DNA of 64,000 nucleotides from positions 33,663,648 to 33,727,647 of the forward strand of contig NC_092673.1 of NCBI RefSeq assembly GCF_964355755.1. The letters are read 5' to 3'. The notes beneath the pieces are model-generated. The model worked only from the letters and a program-made list of their open reading frames with translations. It was not told the DNA's origin and did no database searches. Shown piece by piece: positions 27,017 through 39,900 of the stretch. The position numbers and the translations under genes were made by a program. Source of the stretch: Antedon mediterranea (taxonomy: Eukaryota > Animalia > Echinodermata). How positions within the stretch are numbered: the stretch's first letter is position 1; every line of letters starts with the position of its first letter.

Positions 27017-27593
27017 AAATTTTCTTATAAAATGGAACACTTTTGCCTCAAACATTTATGTGATTTTTATACGCCTAAACCTTATAATAAATATTGCATG
27101 TTTAAAAGCCAAGATATAGGTAAAATAAATAATCAGCGATGAATTACATTTTATTTTCTAAAAAATGATAAATTAGATCAAACTCTGGAGTTAAAATGTA
27201 TGGTTTTGATTTAATAGACTAGCAAGGGAATTCCAAATGAATAGGTCTGGGCATAATATAACAGGTTACAATTAGAATCACTCAAGCATGACTTTCCTCA
27301 CATAACAAGCCAAGAATTGAATTGTTAAATTACCAGTCAACCAATCAGGAATTGGAATTATGAATTCCAATTATGCTAGAATTGGAATTACAGCTGCTGT
27401 TGTTACTTGTTGGTGTTGTTTCATATCTACAGTTTCAGGCCTAGAAAAACATCAGAGAGCTTAGGAAAATTCATTCGTATTCAGTGTTTAACAGTGTAAA
27501 TATCAGAAACTGGCATAGTGTAATAGTTTTTAGTAGATTTCAGATCATTCTGATCTACCTTTTCTTACATGGTTTTGTGACTGTAGTGTAATA

Positions 27594-29714
27594 ATGCCAC
27601 GCATTAGAGCATCCGTTTACAACCATTTTACAGACCCCAGTGTCAGCAAAACATTGGGAAATTGCAGAGCAACGTGTATGCACTGTGGTATTTCAGTGTC
27701 TGGATCAACAAAGGCTACATCAAACTTTAGAAGGCATCTACAGGTAAGTGAGTACACACAGACATGTGGCAGAATACTGTAGTAACTAAACCGGAATGCT
27801 CAAAGACATTTCTAAATAAAACAGTACCTACTCGGTTTGTAAAATTTGGAACAATCCAGTGGTACTCGGTCCTTTAGTAATTTTAAGTTTGACCTTCCCC
27901 TGAATAGATGTTGAGCACCCTTCATTTGTTTCACTGGAAATTGTCCAACACAAAAAAAAACTTTGTCAGGTCCAAAAGGTTGCAAATTGTTTCCAATTAC
28001 AGTACACTTTCCATTCGGTAAAAACCCTTTGGGTCAGTCCAAGACTGAGTGTCCAGTAATGAGAGTGTTGACCGTAATTTAAAATACATTTTTGTATTAT
28101 TTTCAGAGAAGACATCCTGAAATTTTGCAGATAGCCGATTCGCAAGTTTCAAATAATGATCAAAAAGTTATGAACAAATTCATGATCGAACCTGGACAAA
28201 TCAAGTGGAGGCATTGTGATCCTAACCAGATCCAACTGAATGACCAACTGGTCAAGTTCATAGCCACTGATCTTCTACCTTTATCGATTGTCGATAGTGA
28301 TAGCCTACGTGAGCTGTTGCAAGTAGCCCAGCCTCAGTTTAACATGCCTAGCAGAAACTATCTGAGTACGATAGAAATACCACATCAACATGCTACCATC
28401 GAGAGCAAAGTTAAATCTCAAATACAGAAAGTTCCAAATATCTGTCTCTCTTTGGATGTGTGGTCCAGCACAAATGAGCACTTCTTTATTGGGATAATAG
28501 CAAATTACATTGTAGACTTTACACAACACTCTGTCCTTTTAGGATGCCAGCGGTTGAAAGATCGACCCAATGATGATCTCGTCCTTCAGATGTACAACGA
28601 AACAATCACAGCTTACGATATTGCAGATAAGGTTTGTAATATAATTACTGATAATATTTCAAGAGATTTTAGCATTATACCTGATGACACTGTTGCAATT
28701 GATGCTGATGAAGATGGCACTAAACATGCGGTGGCTGTATCAATAACAGACAAGTATCGCTACCTTCCGTTGCATCATAGCCCTTGTTTTACTCATGCTT
28801 TGCAACTTGTAGTTTCTGACAGTCTGCAAGAAAGTGACATGCAACAGGTGTTGACGAAGGGATTGATGCTGTTAGGCTCAACAGAAGGCTTAGAATCCAG
28901 CCCACAAGATGGAACATCATGGAACAACCAGCTTAAGATGCTTAGACCTATCAAAACAATTCCTGAAGAGACTTTAGCAGAGTTTGAAGAAACGTTTAAA
29001 CTTGTTGAATACGAGATTAAACTGATTATCGAACTATGTGAGATTTTGAAACCATTTGAAGAAGTTATGGATCGGATTGACGGAGAGCAAGATGTTACAT
29101 CTAGCCTTGTTATTGCCTGTGTTCGTAGTCTTAGACAAGCTGTTGCCAGACAGAAGGAAGTTTACAAGAGCGAGATTGTGGACATATTAGAGTCATCTAT
29201 AGAAAAACATATTTCCCAATATGAACAAATGGATGATTTTAAAATAGCTGCAACTGTAGATCCACGATTCAAGTTAGACTGGTGTAAGGACGATGAAGTA
29301 GAAGGAGTAAAGAACTTATTGATGCGCAAAGCAGAACTCATCTGGTCAAGACCAACTGCACAAGATCAACCAGTTGAAAATAAACGTAGTGGCATGTTCT
29401 CTTTCATGACATCTCGATCTCTGCCATCTAACCAACCATGGGATTCCTCCTCCATAGAGGTATCTGAATATCTTAACCAACCATGTGAACCAGAAGATGT
29501 AAGTCCACTCGACTACTGGCAAACAAACCACCAGAGGTATCCTGTAGTTGCTCAAATTGCCTTGCAGTATCTTTCAATTCCTGCATCATCACAATCAACC
29601 AAGAGGATATACAGCAACGATGGAAAAGTCTTTAGACCCGAAACGTGTAATTTAAGTGATGCAAGATTTGAACAATTGATGTTTATTCGTTGTAACTACA
29701 AAATTAAGGATTAA
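27594..29714 (+). CDS. hAT-transposase-derived BED zinc-finger protein (ZBED-like), ~585 aa, 2 exons, probably domesticated
   Basis: Exon 1 27594-27743 (CAG|gtaagt) joins exon 2 28107-29714 (tttcag|AGA) to complete the BED finger CMHC...RRHLQRRHP. RNase-H core motifs SLDVWSS, IITDN and CFTHALQL. C-terminal hAT dimerisation domain PLDYWQ...YPVVAQIALQYLSIPASS. Confidence 0.92.
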
Positions 29715-30183
29715 TATGACTTAAAAAAAAACTAAACAACAAAATAAAACCTTTTAGAATTGATAACACCAATTTAAAATTGTTGTATTTGAAAGATTAA
29801 GAATAACTATATCATGTGTTGATTTGTAGGTGTAGTTGCATGTATACGATATCAATATTATTTCTCCAGAAACTTTTTAAAGAATTAATTAAATTGAATA
29901 TAAAAGATAAATTGGTACAACTACAAGTTTGAATATAAATTAATAGAAACGATTAAAAAGGTTTAATTCCTTTTGCTTCTTTCAATTGTTTTTTCAGTTG
30001 AAAACTGAATTAACAACAATCATACACATATAACCGTGAACAATAAATATTATATAATTTATGAAAATATCAATCAATTGAGATAAAATGGCTAGTACAA
30101 AAAGTGAATGTACTGTATGATTCAGTTACAGTATCTAGTTAAAAATTATTTCACTGCAGGAATACATTTTGTTTACTCTTTAA

Positions 30184-30362
30184 AGCGTGGTTCCCACTAG
30201 CGACGCCACACAAGGACGTAACGCAACACAAGTGAATTGACCAATCACAAGCGATGGCTTATTCGCTTGTGATTGCTAACTGTCTATAACTTCGCTTGTC
30301 ATTGGTTAAAACGCTTGCGTTGCGTTTACGTCCTCGCATTACGTTCTAGTGGGAACCAAGCT
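30184..30362. mobile_element. PIF/Harbinger-type MITE
   Basis: TIR agcgtggttcccactag / ctagtgggaaccaagct, TAA on both flanks, internal palindrome aatcacaagcga...tcgcttgtgatt. Fragment at ~36715-36765. Confidence 0.85.
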
Positions 30363-30729
30363 TAACAAATAATAACATGTGTTTTATCATGGCCGTCATA
30401 AACATTTATTATCATCACTTTTGGCAATGAATTACGGTATTTTATCACAGTCACACAGATTTACTTTTGTCGTAAGATACCATGACCATGAAAATGTTGA
30501 ATGTTCTACTTGAGTTTACTGCAGTAACATTTTGTTTACTTGTTTAGCTTTTTTGAGCAATCATGCACACTGTTTATTTCAGCACCAAATTAAAATCAAT
30601 TACAGTAAAAATGTAGTTTTTGCAGTAATTTTTTGGAATTTAATTAAGTTGGTCACATGATATTTCATCATCTTGAATTCATCAGAGGATCAAGAGTGAT
30701 AATTCGAAAACATCAAAAGTTTCATGTAA

Positions 30730-30840
30730 AGCTCTGTCTACACTATAACTAGTTTGACAAAAAAAGTGTGATGTGCCAAACATCACGTCCATCACATTTT
30801 GTGGTCACAAAAAGTTTGTTAATGTACTGTAGACAGAGCT
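30730..30840. mobile_element. MITE, agctctgtctacact family
   Basis: agctctgtctacacta...gtagacagagct termini; same family as 23214. Confidence 0.8.
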
Positions 30841-32573
30841 TTAAAGAATGTTATTAATTTTGAATAAAGAATAAGTACCAGCATTCAAACTACAGTACCG
30901 AACTTGGTTAAAAAGTGACTATTTAACCTAGGTAAATTGCTGGAGGCAAAATATTGTGGTTGTTGATGTTCTTTACATGGAAGTAGGTCTGGCAGGGTAT
31001 TTAGAGATTTAGCAGTTCAGAAGTTCATCTACAGAATGTTTGATAATAAATACCTGAGTAAATATTAAGAAAGTAGTAGGATTTAGTATGCAATGAAATC
31101 TTTAAGACTCTTACAAATTGCCAGTTGACTATTTCCTCTAGTACTTTAGCTTCATAATAAACACACTAAGATGACAAGTTTTTCTGTAGGCTATATTTAT
31201 TTGCTATCTGTTTCTCAGGTCAAATGAAGAACTTGACATCCTTTTCTCAAGATAGATAAACCAACACAATAGTTTATCTGTTTTACAGTCTAACGTAAAC
31301 TTGCTGCATATTTGCCACTCAAATTTATGGAATTTAACTTATTCTTTTAACAGTACAGGGACTGTATAATATAGTTTTGCAGTATTGCCATCTAAGGTCA
31401 AGTTTCAAAATCAATTTGACATCTCAATAAATATGTAATATAATATTGTATCTGATATTCATCTTACGCAGATTCATTCCATCCCAGATAATTTTTCAAA
31501 CTACAGTATAGTATGCAAAATTATGAAAAAGAATCCTGTAAAAACAATGACATAATTTAAGGTTACTTACCGTGTTACACTACGTAAATTTTGGCAAATA
31601 TGGATGTACAGAAATGCGGATAAAAACTATAGAAATTCATGATCGTACAAGTTTTTTTAAATAATTGTTTTTATTTATTCAAAAACATTCCAACAGGAAC
31701 AATGTTCCGACTTACAAGTGATGTTATATAAAAAAATAGAACATAAAAATATGTATGTATGTACTCAAAAGATTTAAAACAATGTACAAGACATTTCAGA
31801 CAATCAGAAAACAAATCAACTTCAGGTCAATTAACAACAAAATCATTCTACATATGAACACACCAAATGTTGTTTTTGTTGTCTCTTCAATTTAATTAAA
31901 TTATATTTTATTAACTTTAAGAAAATATGATCGCATTATTATTATTATCAAAGGGGCATATATTAATAAACCAACAGTAACACAATACTGTACTAATAAT
32001 TTGATGACCAAAATAGCCAAAACATAAAATGCCTGTTGAGCATAGGAGGTATGTTTTCTCAAACAACAAACATAGCCTAATGATGGGCTTTTTATGGGCC
32101 AGGTCATTAAACTCCAGTTCATCTCTCAAACCGTTTGAGCAGCTGCTGCATGTGGCTATAGCATTTCAATCTCATTAAAAAAACGTCAATACTACAGTAT
32201 TATACTTTTTATTAAATAATAATAATGACAGTAACTCTTTTCTTTATTTAAAAAAAAAAAAAAAAAAGTTATACAGCCATCTCTTTGGAATTAGTAGGCC
32301 TACAAATCTATTATATCGACGTCGAAAATAAAACTAAATTCACCGGCGTTGTAGAGTGTGTGTGGAGGAGGAGGAGAATGACCTTCCAGATGCCACCACT
32401 CACTGGGCCTACAACACATCGAGTAAAGAAATGTAAAAAACACTTAATTACGTAATTATTACAAAAGAAGGCTTGTTCCAAACATGTTAGTATTAAGGTA
32501 GGCTACATATGTACTAAATAGAGGTAAATATTAATTGATTGTCAGTTATGTTTACTTAAGAAAATCTTCTTAC

Positions 32574-33400
32574 CTTTTCAACTTTCTTTCGCTGCTACCG
32601 AGGAGGCAGCTTTTGTTTGTGTGACCAGGTTTTTAAATTCGTCTGCGAGTCAATGAAGCGTGAAGTCAAAAACATGCGTGTTTTATTTTAATATTTTATA
32701 TACAATACAATATATAATTATTTAATATAAAACAACATAAATAAATAGTATAAAATAAATTTGCAAAAAAGGCAACATGTTTCTATATTTTGAAATAGGA
32801 AAAGAATTACACCGTATTCATAGGTAGGAGTGTCACACATGGAAATTACGTCTCTATCTTTATCTATTATTTTCCCATACCGGTTGTATAAATGGCATAA
32901 ACTTTAGTGATTACCACCGATACCACTATCTATTTTAGGGAGATAGCAATAGGGAAATAAGTGAAGACAAAAACATGAGAAAGTGTTTAAGTTTACGAAC
33001 TAAACTAAGTTTCTAAAAATTGGTAAAACAACCTTGGACATTGCGGCAACTAATCACACCAATAAACAAAACATACCAAAACAATCAATGAGGAAGTTTT
33101 TGGGTGGTGCGTACGTACGATGACAAAACGGTTTTACCATCATTTGTTTCGATAGTGTATATGAGGAAACACGGTTAGTTATTTTACTGGTTAATAAAAC
33201 AACTGTAGGGATATTAGTTTTATAAAACTGAATAATAACATTTTAAGTTCGATTAGAATGTTTGTCCTGAGAGACTTGTAAATGTTAAGAGGTAGGCCTA
33301 GGCCTATATAATAATCAGCAACAAGTGTCAAATTAAGCAACCGGTAGGTCCTAAAAGCAGCAGATAGCCGCGACTTAGTCAGCAACTTACGTGGTATGTT
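32574..33400. promoter_or_regulatory. Candidate bidirectional promoter and non-coding first exons between the BCAR3-like (-) and p67phox-like (+) genes
   Basis: Relatively CpG-richer patch; strong minus-strand donor AAG|gtaag at 32569-32573; the p67phox-like ATG exon has an acceptor at 33969, implying an upstream UTR exon. Inference only. Confidence 0.35.
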
Positions 33401-33612
33401 CCTATGGTGGTAGGCTTGGCTATGAAGTATACCTGTACCCGACATTTCGTTATAATGTGATCTTTTTTTAGTATGTTTTAGACTATTAAGATTAAGCTGT
33501 GCTTGGCTGGCTAAATATCATAATATGTGTCTGTAATTAAATTAAGTACCATACAAAAAAGTGTTTCCACAGAGCAGGGAGGGTTGTTGGATATTAAATC
33601 GCATTAAAGGAA

Positions 33613-33780
33613 AGCCTTGTCAACACATCAAACTTTATGCGACAAAAAAAATGTGATTTGCTTATATGTTATGGACATGAATTGATGATGTCATAGCTCT
33701 ACCATATTTAAGCATATCACTACCATATTTGGGCACATCACACTTTTTTGTCAAACTAGTTTGATAGTGTAGACAGAGCT
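33613..33780. mobile_element. MITE, agctctgtctacact family
   Basis: Ends ...gtttgatagtgtagacagagct; internal accatatttgggcacatcac repeats. Confidence 0.8.
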
Positions 33781-33978
33781 TTAGTGCACTTAAACCAATA
33801 TCACAGTTAAGTTACTAGGCGCCACACATCTATGCAGCTGTTGAGTCTAACTGTCATGTTCATATGTTGCTGAACAATCACAATTTGACATTTCGACTTT
33901 TTGACATGTCGAAATTAAAGATCCCTTAAAATGTCAATAATCACTTAAAAATACAATTTTTACTTGTAGCTGGTAGAA

Positions 33979-36900
33979 ATGGATTCTATACTCACTCATA
34001 AAGAAACTATTCTGACCTGGCACCAGGGTGTTACAGCGTTTGATCGAGGAAGCCATCAGGAATCTTTAGATATTTTGCTTCAGATTCCAGAAGCGTCGAT
34101 CACGTCAAGAATATTCTACAACATTGGACACATTTACCTTTTTCTACAGGAATACACAAAGGCAGCCAAGGTTTGAAGAATGTTGTTGCTTTTAAATAAT
34201 TCTAATTGTGGTTGATATATGTTAGAAATAGTAGTGTTAAATATAGCTGATATCATTTGACTAGGTTACATGTTTATTCTTATAAACATTTAGTCTTGAT
34301 GCCCCTGAAGTGAAATGGTAAAGAGTTTTTAATTTATGAGGACGATGGAAAACCTAGGCATATTGGCATATTGTGTTGTTACCAATGTTTTGTCGTAAAT
34401 TGAAAACTCCCTATTGCCTTGACCCTAACAATCAAAAAAGTTGATAACCTAACTCACATCCATGTGAAATAATATCAGTATTCATTCAGTATTTTTCATT
34501 TTCAATGTTAAAAATTTCTTTTTGTTTCTTTCATAGAATTTTGAAGCAGCTTTTGAGAAAGACTGCCATCTAGCTGCCGCTTTCTTCCAGTGTGGTGTTG
34601 CTCTTTTTCGGAACAACAAATTCAATCAAGCACGCAAGATGTTCGAAAAGAGCAAAGAGTGTCTTCGTGATTCACAATATATTGATTACAAAGCCGTTGG
34701 AATGACTTGTAAACTGTACAGATGTGAGGTTAGTTTGATATGAGAAAAAAGATTCTTCACTCTCAATGCCTCATCCTTTGGATGGGATGTAAAGCATAAG
34801 CATACAAAAATCTGCCATATTGCTTAATAATAATAATAATATGCTTTTAAGTGCTTCACATTACATGTATGGAAACATACTCCCATAATGCAGCTAGTAA
34901 TCAGTACAAAGTTGTGTGCATTATCTATAGGCAAGATTCTACTCTGATTACCTCATCCTTTGGATGGGATGTAAAGCATAAGCATACAAATATGTGTACT
35001 ATGATATTTGATGATGTATGACGCACAATTTTTACTTTCTTTCTGATAGATTCTCTTCAACATATCTACTGCAGTTGCCGCAATGACAAAAGATCCCGAG
35101 TGGGCGCTTGATATATTAAGCGACACGGACAAATGCGAGAAAGAACCAAACCATGTTCAATCAATCCAAAAAGCAAAAAATCAGCTCAAGGTAGATGTAT
35201 AAAATAATAATAATAAAAACTGCTGTCCAGAAATATTACTGTACATACTGTATAAACATTAGTACACCTAAACATTACACTTAAATACTATACCTAAACA
35301 CTATGCCTAAACATTACACCTAAACACTACGCCTGAATACTACACCTAAACATTACGCCTAAACACTACAGCTAAACACTACACCTAAACACTTTTTAAA
35401 CTTCTTTCAGGATGGTGTTACTCCTTCAATTTTCAGTCTACCTGAAAAAGAATTGTTTAGACCTCCAAAAGACAAAATAGAAAACATAAATAAGACGGAT
35501 TACTTAGGACAGTCTAAAGTAGTTCACACGGTACCAGGATCTAGCGTAAAAGTAAGGCAAAGTAATTTGTAATGTATTCTAGTGTCTACTTATTGGATAG
35601 TCTAGTCTTGACAAAACTAATGCAGCAGACAGATTAATAAAGTCCAACTGGAGAAATTTTCATTGGACGATATCTGATTTCAAAAGGGGAAGATTGTTTA
35701 GGATGTAAGAATTTTCGAACCCCATCTTAGAAAATAATTACAGACCCCTTTAAAAATTAACTTTGATGTTGAGCTTGATATGATAGAATATCCACTAGTT
35801 TCACTTCTCTTTGCCTTTAAAATAAAAATCAACATTTTAAAATACTTTCTCTACTGTTTTATCTACAGAAACCGGCCAAACAAAAGGAAGAAAAGGTTAT
35901 AGATTTACCCATTCCTAAGAGGTCCTCCTTGGAACCCCCTTCAAGAAAACCTCCAGGTTCAAACATGTTCAAACCAATCAACTCTCAAGATTCTAGGTCG
36001 AGTCCCACACCTCCAAACAGATTGCCGCCCTCTCCAACATCACCTTTCAATAACGAATCAGACAGGTTACAACCGTCAAATGGTAAATTTACTAATCCAT
36101 CTGGACGATCTAGTCCAGTACCACCTGGTAGACCACCACCATCTGGCCCAGGAGGGAGACCTAGCCCAAGCCCAACACCTCCAATGAGACCACCTCCTAT
36201 GAGCAGTGGCAGGCCTAGTCCATCCCCACCAGCAAGGCTACCTCCTCAAAGTTTTGAACGTCTGAACAGTGCTGGTAAAGGTCCTCCAGCAAGGCCGCCA
36301 CCAATTTCTCCATCTAATCTCTCACCACAACCATCGCCAATAAATTCACGAGGGCCTAGTCCAAACAAACTCTCGCATAAAGAGATTATTGTGACTTGGC
36401 ATAAAGCTATGCAGGTGTACGAGTCTGGTGCAACTTCAGAAGCCTTGGAGAACCTTACTTCAATTCCAGAGCCTTCTGCCAAGATTCTGTTTAACATAGG
36501 AAGCTTTCAACTTTTAACTAATGATGTTGCTAATGCACAAAAGGCATGTAATAATAATTTAAAATCACTAAAATATACTATTTAAAATTAAAATACAATG
36601 GTTTATTACATATTAAATTAAAGGTTAGGTTATACTAGACAAATTTAAGAAAACAAAAAATCATTGAAATGAAACTAGTTTCTGAGATCAAATTCTGCCT
36701 AAAGCAAGGAAGTAATTTGACCAATCACATTGCGATAGACCATCTGAACTATCGCTTGTGATTAGACTTTCTTTCTTCTGTGATTCTAAATAATATATAT
36801 TTTTCATTACATTTCAGACATTGGAATTAGCAGTTGAAAAGGACGAACACATGGCGATTGGCTTCTTCCAACAAGGCATTGCTTTGGCTCAACAATCAAG

Positions 36901-39900
36901 TTATGAATTGGCATGGAAAGCGTTTGATAAAGCCCGCAGGGCACTGCGACAAAATGACAGCATCGACTACAAGCAAATAGGATTGCCCTACAAACTATAT
37001 GAATGCGAGGTTCGGTATTAATTTAAATATTATATATTTGGGACAGGTCATAAATTTGAATCAATTTGAGAAAACGAAAACTTTGAGAAAGCAAGGCAAC
37101 CTATTGTAGTGTATTCGACTCACTTTTTATGATTTTTATTTTGATAGGTTCTCTATAACCAGTCTCTTATGTACTATCACCTTGATGATATGAAGTTAGC
37201 TAAAGAAGTTTTGGAGTTGGCACTGAAGAAAAAATCTGAAATTAGACATAGTAAAATTGATTCTGCTATGGTTCAGCTTAAGGTAAATTAAATAGAAATA
37301 TTATTTATTCAATTAATTCAGCCTTGGAAGGGCATTATTTAAATAATAGTTCCCCACTCCTTATATATAACAAATTTTGTTACCCACCTGGCCGTTAATT
37401 ACTAAGGCTAAACAATACTATAATTAAAGATTTTCATAAAGAGATTTTTTACTAGTTTGAACTTTGTTATGCTTGAATAATTTTATTATATATATATTTT
37501 TTTAATAGGCATCAAAAGGCTTTGATTTATTTACCCTTCCTAAAGACGCTGTGTTCAAGCCACCAGCTTCGAAGGTGGAAAACATATCAAAGGTGGATTA
37601 CCTAGGCCAGAAAAAGGTCGTAGCCAAGTTTGAGGTACGAACACTCGTTAGTAATGGGTACCAGAAATGATGACTAACACTAATAACTACTAACAATAAT
37701 CTGTATATTAATTCCAATAAAGTATGACAATTATATTATTATATTGTTTATGTGTTGATTGGGTACGTCATAGTAATTAGAGAAAATACATGCATGTATG
37801 ATCAATATATGGATGTAATATAAAAATGGATGACTTTGAAGCCCTAAGAAACTATTCTCACTCACAAAGAAATGCTTTTTGAAGAATCAATAACCTTGTG
37901 TCAGACCCTTTGGTAGACTTTGTGTGAACTGGGCATATCCCTCTAAAAGGTTATTTCCAACAAGGACGTAAGCCCCAGAAATTTGACATTGCTTTGCATC
38001 CAAGTGGGAACACATCTTAAAGGTGAAAGGTTTGATTATTTTTCCAAATTGAAACTTTACATGCTATAAAGCCTTGTCTACACTATCAAACTTTATGTGA
38101 CAACAAAATGTGATATGCCCATATATGGACATGATGATGTCATATCACTTCCATATTTGGGCATATCACCACCATATTTGGGCACATAACACCTTTTTGG
38201 TCAAACTAGTTTGATTGTGTAGACAGAACTTTAGAGAGAATAGAATTATCTCCCATAGAATTGGTAAAATTACTGTTTTGTCTTTTTTTTTGCCTATATA
38301 TGTTTGTTTCTAACACCGTTTCATTGATTTTTCTTGAAACGATTGAATATTGTTAAATGTATGTTAAGTGTGTTTTATTTTATTTTTATTTGGTGTTTTT
38401 CCTTCTAAAAAAAAGGGCAAAGCAGAGCGTGGTATCGCTGCACTAGCCACATCGATGATTTATTAAGGGCAAGTGTTTGAGGGTAATAAAATGTAATAAT
38501 CATGTGTCATGTGTTCTAATTCTATTAAACATAAATTCATCACATTTCATTATTTTAATTTGTGGTATTAGTGAGACATGCTTGTGCTATCATTCATTTT
38601 CTAAATGCATTAATAATTAACTTTTGTGGATTGCTTGGGGCAGAAACTAAATATATAAATTAAATTGCTTACAGTAACTTCTTGGGTACAATTTCCAGGG
38701 TTGGATCCAGGATTTTTTGAACGGAGAAGCAGTACATTTTAAAAAATCTCTGAAAAAATAGATATCAAAAAGACTCACTAAACCCATTGAGTGGGGATGG
38801 TATGCCTACTATGTTCAGAGTACCTTTCATGCAAAATGCTTTATGCAGGTACCAGGGAGTTGTACTCCCTGCAGGTACATAGGCAAATCCACTACATGTT
38901 ATATTCAGTAATAAGCTCAACAGGCCCATTACGGCAGAGTTTCTGGTTAGTATGATATCCAGAATATTATACATTGTAGGAAAGAATTTTGGATGTTTGG
39001 AACCTCTGTAAGCCTAGTTTCAGATATTTTGAGACTATTGCACGAATGTTGGATGCAAATAATACTCCATAATTCACAATGCATGCCATAGTGACTAAGC
39101 CATTTGCATTTTAACAATGGTGTTACAATAATATTGAAAGAGTCCTTATCATTAATCTTATCTTAAATTAATCAGTTGTATTTATAAAAAGTCTTGGAAT
39201 GCAGTTTGTTGGCTAGTTCCAAAACTATTGGTTGCTATCTTTTCTTATTTTTAAATAAATTGTTTGAAATAAAAATGAATGCATGATACAGCATTTGGAA
39301 AATCATTGTTACTTTATTTTATACATTATTTTAAAACCTATCATTGTCAAAAGATACATATATGATTCAGTTGTATATGAGTTTCTACTGTTTGTTTAAA
39401 AGCAATCGATTGTTTGTTCGTTACAAATGTTTTATTTTATAAACACAGCATATATAAATCCAAAGGTAAATTACTAATAAAATGACAATGCTGTGGGTAT
39501 CAGTGGCTGGATCTCAATGGAGATACAAAATAAAATAAGCAAACAGCTAAATCTAAACGATAAATTAAAACAGAAAAATTAGTAGAGCTTTCAGGCAACA
39601 TATTGTGAATTGTGTGAAGAAAGTCTTGTTTCAAGCTAAAAACTTAAAATATATGTATAACTTACAAAACCTATACAATCAACCAACTTAATACCATACC
39701 ATATCTTCAACTTTTTTTCTGCTCAAAATTTCAATTTTAACTTTTAAATTATTTCTGCTATTACTACGGTATTCTAAAATAGTGCTATAAAAAAATAGAA
39801 GTTTTATTAAAAAATGCAGAATTTATTATTCCATTATAATAAAGTATGATAATAAATGAACAAGAATGGTAGTAGACAACGGTTAATTATTATCATTATC

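Noticed and set aside
27400-30000. Active autonomous hAT transposon
   Set aside because: No TIR pair or 8-bp TSD found, and the catalytic Glu motif is altered.
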